A stretch of DNA of 64,000 nt from Mantamonas sphyraenae STR306 (taxonomy: Eukaryota; Protista; CRuMs). Within the stretch, counting starts at the first letter, position 1, and each line of letters opens with the position of its first letter. The translations under genes and the position numbers were made by a program. Where the stretch lies: the NCBI GenBank assembly GCA_026936335.1, contig JAPMXV010000050.1, positions 1-64,000 on the forward strand. Direction: 5' to 3'. The notes beneath the pieces were generated by a model that searched no databases, was not told where the DNA came from, and saw only the letters and a program-made list of their open reading frames with translations. Shown piece after piece: positions 60,939 to 64,000 of the stretch.

Positions 60939-63900
60939 TGCTGCTGCTTCTGCTGCCTGAAAGCGCACTCCCTCCTTCCTTGCTGTTCCGTCCTTCCTCC
61001 TCCTTCAGAGCCTCGTCCAAATTCAACCCGCGCAACACATTGCTCATCGACAGACGCCAGTTGTTGGACTTGCCCTTGCTCGGCGTTTCCTTGGTCCCCG
61101 CTGTTCCACTGCCGTTCGAGCCTGCGGCAGGCGCCAGTCCGGGCATGTCACCGCTGTCGTTGGCGGTGTTGGTGGAAGACTTGCTGGCCATGGCCGCACG
61201 TGCTGCCTCGTTGTACTCGTCGCCTTCCAGCGGGGTGCTGGCCACCACCACAGTGTATCCGTTGCCTGCACTCACGTGTTCCACACCCTTGCCCTCAAAC
61301 TCTGTGTACAACCGCGGAACGCGGTCGTACTCGTCGCTGCTGGACATCCGTGCGCCCCACACATACACAGATCCCGCATCTGTGAGAAGCACCATGTGTT
61401 CGTCGCCACAGCTAAACGCACGCACTTTGTGACCTCCAAATTGTTCGCTGTTCATGCTCACAAGGGCGTCCGGTGCCTTTGCCCCAAACGGACGCATTGC
61501 CCCGCGCCCAAACACGTGCACCGCCCCGCTGGCGTCCAGCACCGCCGTGTACATTGTCCCGCAGTCGATTTGCACCACACCACCGGGGATGTGCTCCAGC
61601 TTGCATGGCTCGTGAACCACAAGGGCGTCCGTCTCCAGACCCAAAGCATGGTCGACGTTCTCACCCCACACAAACACGTCGCCATCACTGCTCAATGCAG
61701 CCATGTGTGTCAATCCGGCTGCCACTTGCACCACGTGCACCTTGTCCGAGGCCAGCCTGGGCACGGCCACGGGCAGACCCATCAACGGACCTCCATCCTC
61801 GTCGCCATCCATGCCACCACGGCACGCCTTTGCCAACTCGGCATTCTCCTTCACCTGAGCCGGGGAGTACCCAAGGGCACCTTTGCCCCAAGTAAACACG
61901 GCGCCCGTGTTGGTGCATGCGACGGCGTGGGACCCTGCGGCTGCAATGTCCGTCACCTTTTCGCTCACCAGAGCGTGGACCAGACGTGGAAGACTCACGC
62001 TACGGTTGCCACGCTGTTTGGTGCCGTGATCCAGACCCAGCTGCATGCAGATGTTCATGCCCCATCCAAACACGTCGCCCTCGGCGGTGAGGGCAAGCGA
62101 AAAGTCGGGACCAGCGGCCACCTTGAGCACCGACTTGTCGTGCATCAGAGCCAGCTGCTTGGGCACCGTCTGATCACGTTTGGAACCGTGGCCTAGGGCG
62201 CCTGTGAAGCCCACGCCGACGCTCAGGAGCTTGCCAAACTCGGTGACAAAGAGGGTGTGCGAGTGCCCACAGCCCACGTGCATGACATTGCGACCCTCCA
62301 GATTGTGTACGGCACTGGGGCTGCGATGGTTGCGCGTGCTTCCTGTTCCCAGCTGGTACTGCAGACCGCGGCCCCAGCTGTAACAATAATTGGGTTCCAC
62401 GGTGTCGTCGTCCGCCACGCTTGCGTTCAGACTCATCGAGCCACTCGATGACACATAAATGGACCGTGAGCGCCCCGATCCTCCACGCACGCGACCCATC
62501 ATGTGCAAGGTGCCCTTTCGCGACGCCAACGACGGCGATGCGAGCGGAGATCCTTGCTTGTCCTCCAGGGTGACACTCAGACTTGTGCCGCTGCTGCTTC
62601 CTGTGCCACTGCCACTGCTGGACGTGGACCCTGTGGACGACGCCGAGTCCAGACCAGACTCTGCCCCATGGATCTTGCTCATGTTGCTCACCAGAACGGC
62701 CAGCGTGTCCAGGGTCTCCTTGGACAGCGCGTTGGCACGGCACATCTTGTTCACAAACTGCCGGGTGTAGGACTCGCTCAGACCCAAACTCAGCATGTTG
62801 AACGCATAGTTGCCCAGCAGCTCAAACACCACTGACTCTTGGTTGGCCAGGATCGATTCCAAACCGCCTTCGTCCTCTCCTTCCGAACTGCTGCTGCTGC
62901 TGTTGCTGCGTGCGTTTTCTTCGGCCCGTTTCTTGTCCTCCACAAAAGCAGTGGTCCAATACTTGTCTTGGGCCCAGATGGGTGCGGTGCGCAGACGCTG
63001 TTGCAGGAGCTCATGCGATCCAGAGTCAGTGAGGCGGTAGTAGCGTCCGATGACGTCCATCAGCACGCGCGCATTGGTGTACTCGTTCTCATGGCTGATG
63101 TGGTGCAGACAGGTATGCAGCACCGTCAGCAGCTGGTCGAAGCAGCCGTCGCTGAGGATAGACGATGTCGCATCGGCCAACGACAGCTCCTCCACCAGCC
63201 GCGTTCTTCCCGTTTCGTACTCCACCATTTCGCCAAGCTGCTGTTGCTCCTCTTTGTCCAACTCTGTGCCTCCCAGCAACCGGCTGGCACACTCGACAAT
63301 AAACGTGCCTGACGCATCCAACTGCACAATCGATCCGTGTCGTGCACGAACGCCGCCGTGGCTGAGTGCAGAGCTGGGGGACGCCACGTCGTCATCATCG
63401 GCCCCATCTCCCCTGTCTCTCATCACCAGAGCTTCCAGCGCCGCTGTGTCCACATCCGCCATCACTGCACCCAGTGTGTCCTCGTCCGCCAAGGCCTCGT
63501 GGTCAAACGTGCCATCCCACACGCCCTGCCGGCCGTTCTCCGGACGTTCCTCAGGTGACCATGCAGATGCCTGTCTGTACCCATACACATACGCTGATCC
63601 TGCACTGTCTCCAGGCTGGGCGCAGTGGCGAAGGTAAAAGGCGTGCAGGCCAAGCAGCAGGTCGTCGCGCAGATCGTCGAGGTGCGGTGGGGCCGTGGAA
63701 ACGTGCACGGGAAACGGATGGGTGAAGCGCAGAAGGGAGGCAGTAGGCATGAGAGAGGCCATGAGATAGCCAAATGGGGACAGGGTGGCTTCCACGGCAT
63801 GCAAGTAGGTGGCAAACACGGTTCGCATGCCCTCCAGGTGCTCGGTGACAAAGGAGGCAAAGGCCTGTGTTTGCAGCACCATGTGCAGAAAGTCCGGGTC

Positions 63901-64000
63901 GTCGCTGGTGGCTCCGTAGGGGGACCGCTTGAGAAAAGTACTCTTGTTGAAGGAAATAATGGGCACTGCAGCGCTCTGCAGGATGATCAAGTGACGGCGA
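60313..64000 (-). CDS. DENN-domain protein with SBF2-like region, RCC1-like repeats and MYND zinc finger (5' part outside the window)
   Basis: dDENN-like FNKSTFLK...DFLHMVLQTQAFASFV; LRTAPIWAQDKYW; RCC1 repeats (WGRGLQYQLG, CGHSHT, AAGPDFS); MYND CGNSGC...CSGC...YCSQECQLDAWKAHKKVC. Confidence 0.85.

Noticed and set aside
1-64000. tRNA/rRNA/snRNA genes and an alternative genetic code
   Set aside because: No recognisable RNA gene by eye; conserved proteins translate with the standard code and end at TAA, TAG or TGA

Overview
Left end of a eukaryotic chromosome. It starts with a (CCCTAA)n telomere, followed by about 24 protein-coding genes packed very tightly: many stop-to-start or ATG-to-ATG gaps are only 20-80 bp. 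Genes carry short GT-AG introns (donors such as GTGCGT, GTACGC, GTGAGT, GTAGGT). TMEM231 and a MYCBPAP-like gene point to a flagellated protist with a compact, GC-rich genome; the species cannot be named from this window. Recognisable genes are a divergent actin, GPC1, a UBE3B/C-type HECT ligase, TAF5, eIF3j, TMEM231, MED8, RCC1, BUD32/PRPK, CPSF3, RPN2, an RBR ligase and a DENN-RCC1-MYND protein. The stand-out locus is a 5-exon gene (41814-52531, minus strand) predicted to encode a ~3359-aa secreted, extremely Arg/Lys-rich protein. It has six GDPH-bearing VWD/C8-like repeats and an acidic spacer ending in EEKR, followed by tandem cationic amphipathic repeats resembling antimicrobial peptides. 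This suggests a self-cleaving, mucin/FCGBP-like cationic polyprotein. Other points of interest are a telomere-adjacent orphan with a 2x2 repeated domain, a kinesin-like protein lacking a P-loop, four apparent -1 frameshifts, a candidate AATG 3'-end signal and a strand-specific C skew. All gene models were derived by eye and no database searches were run.
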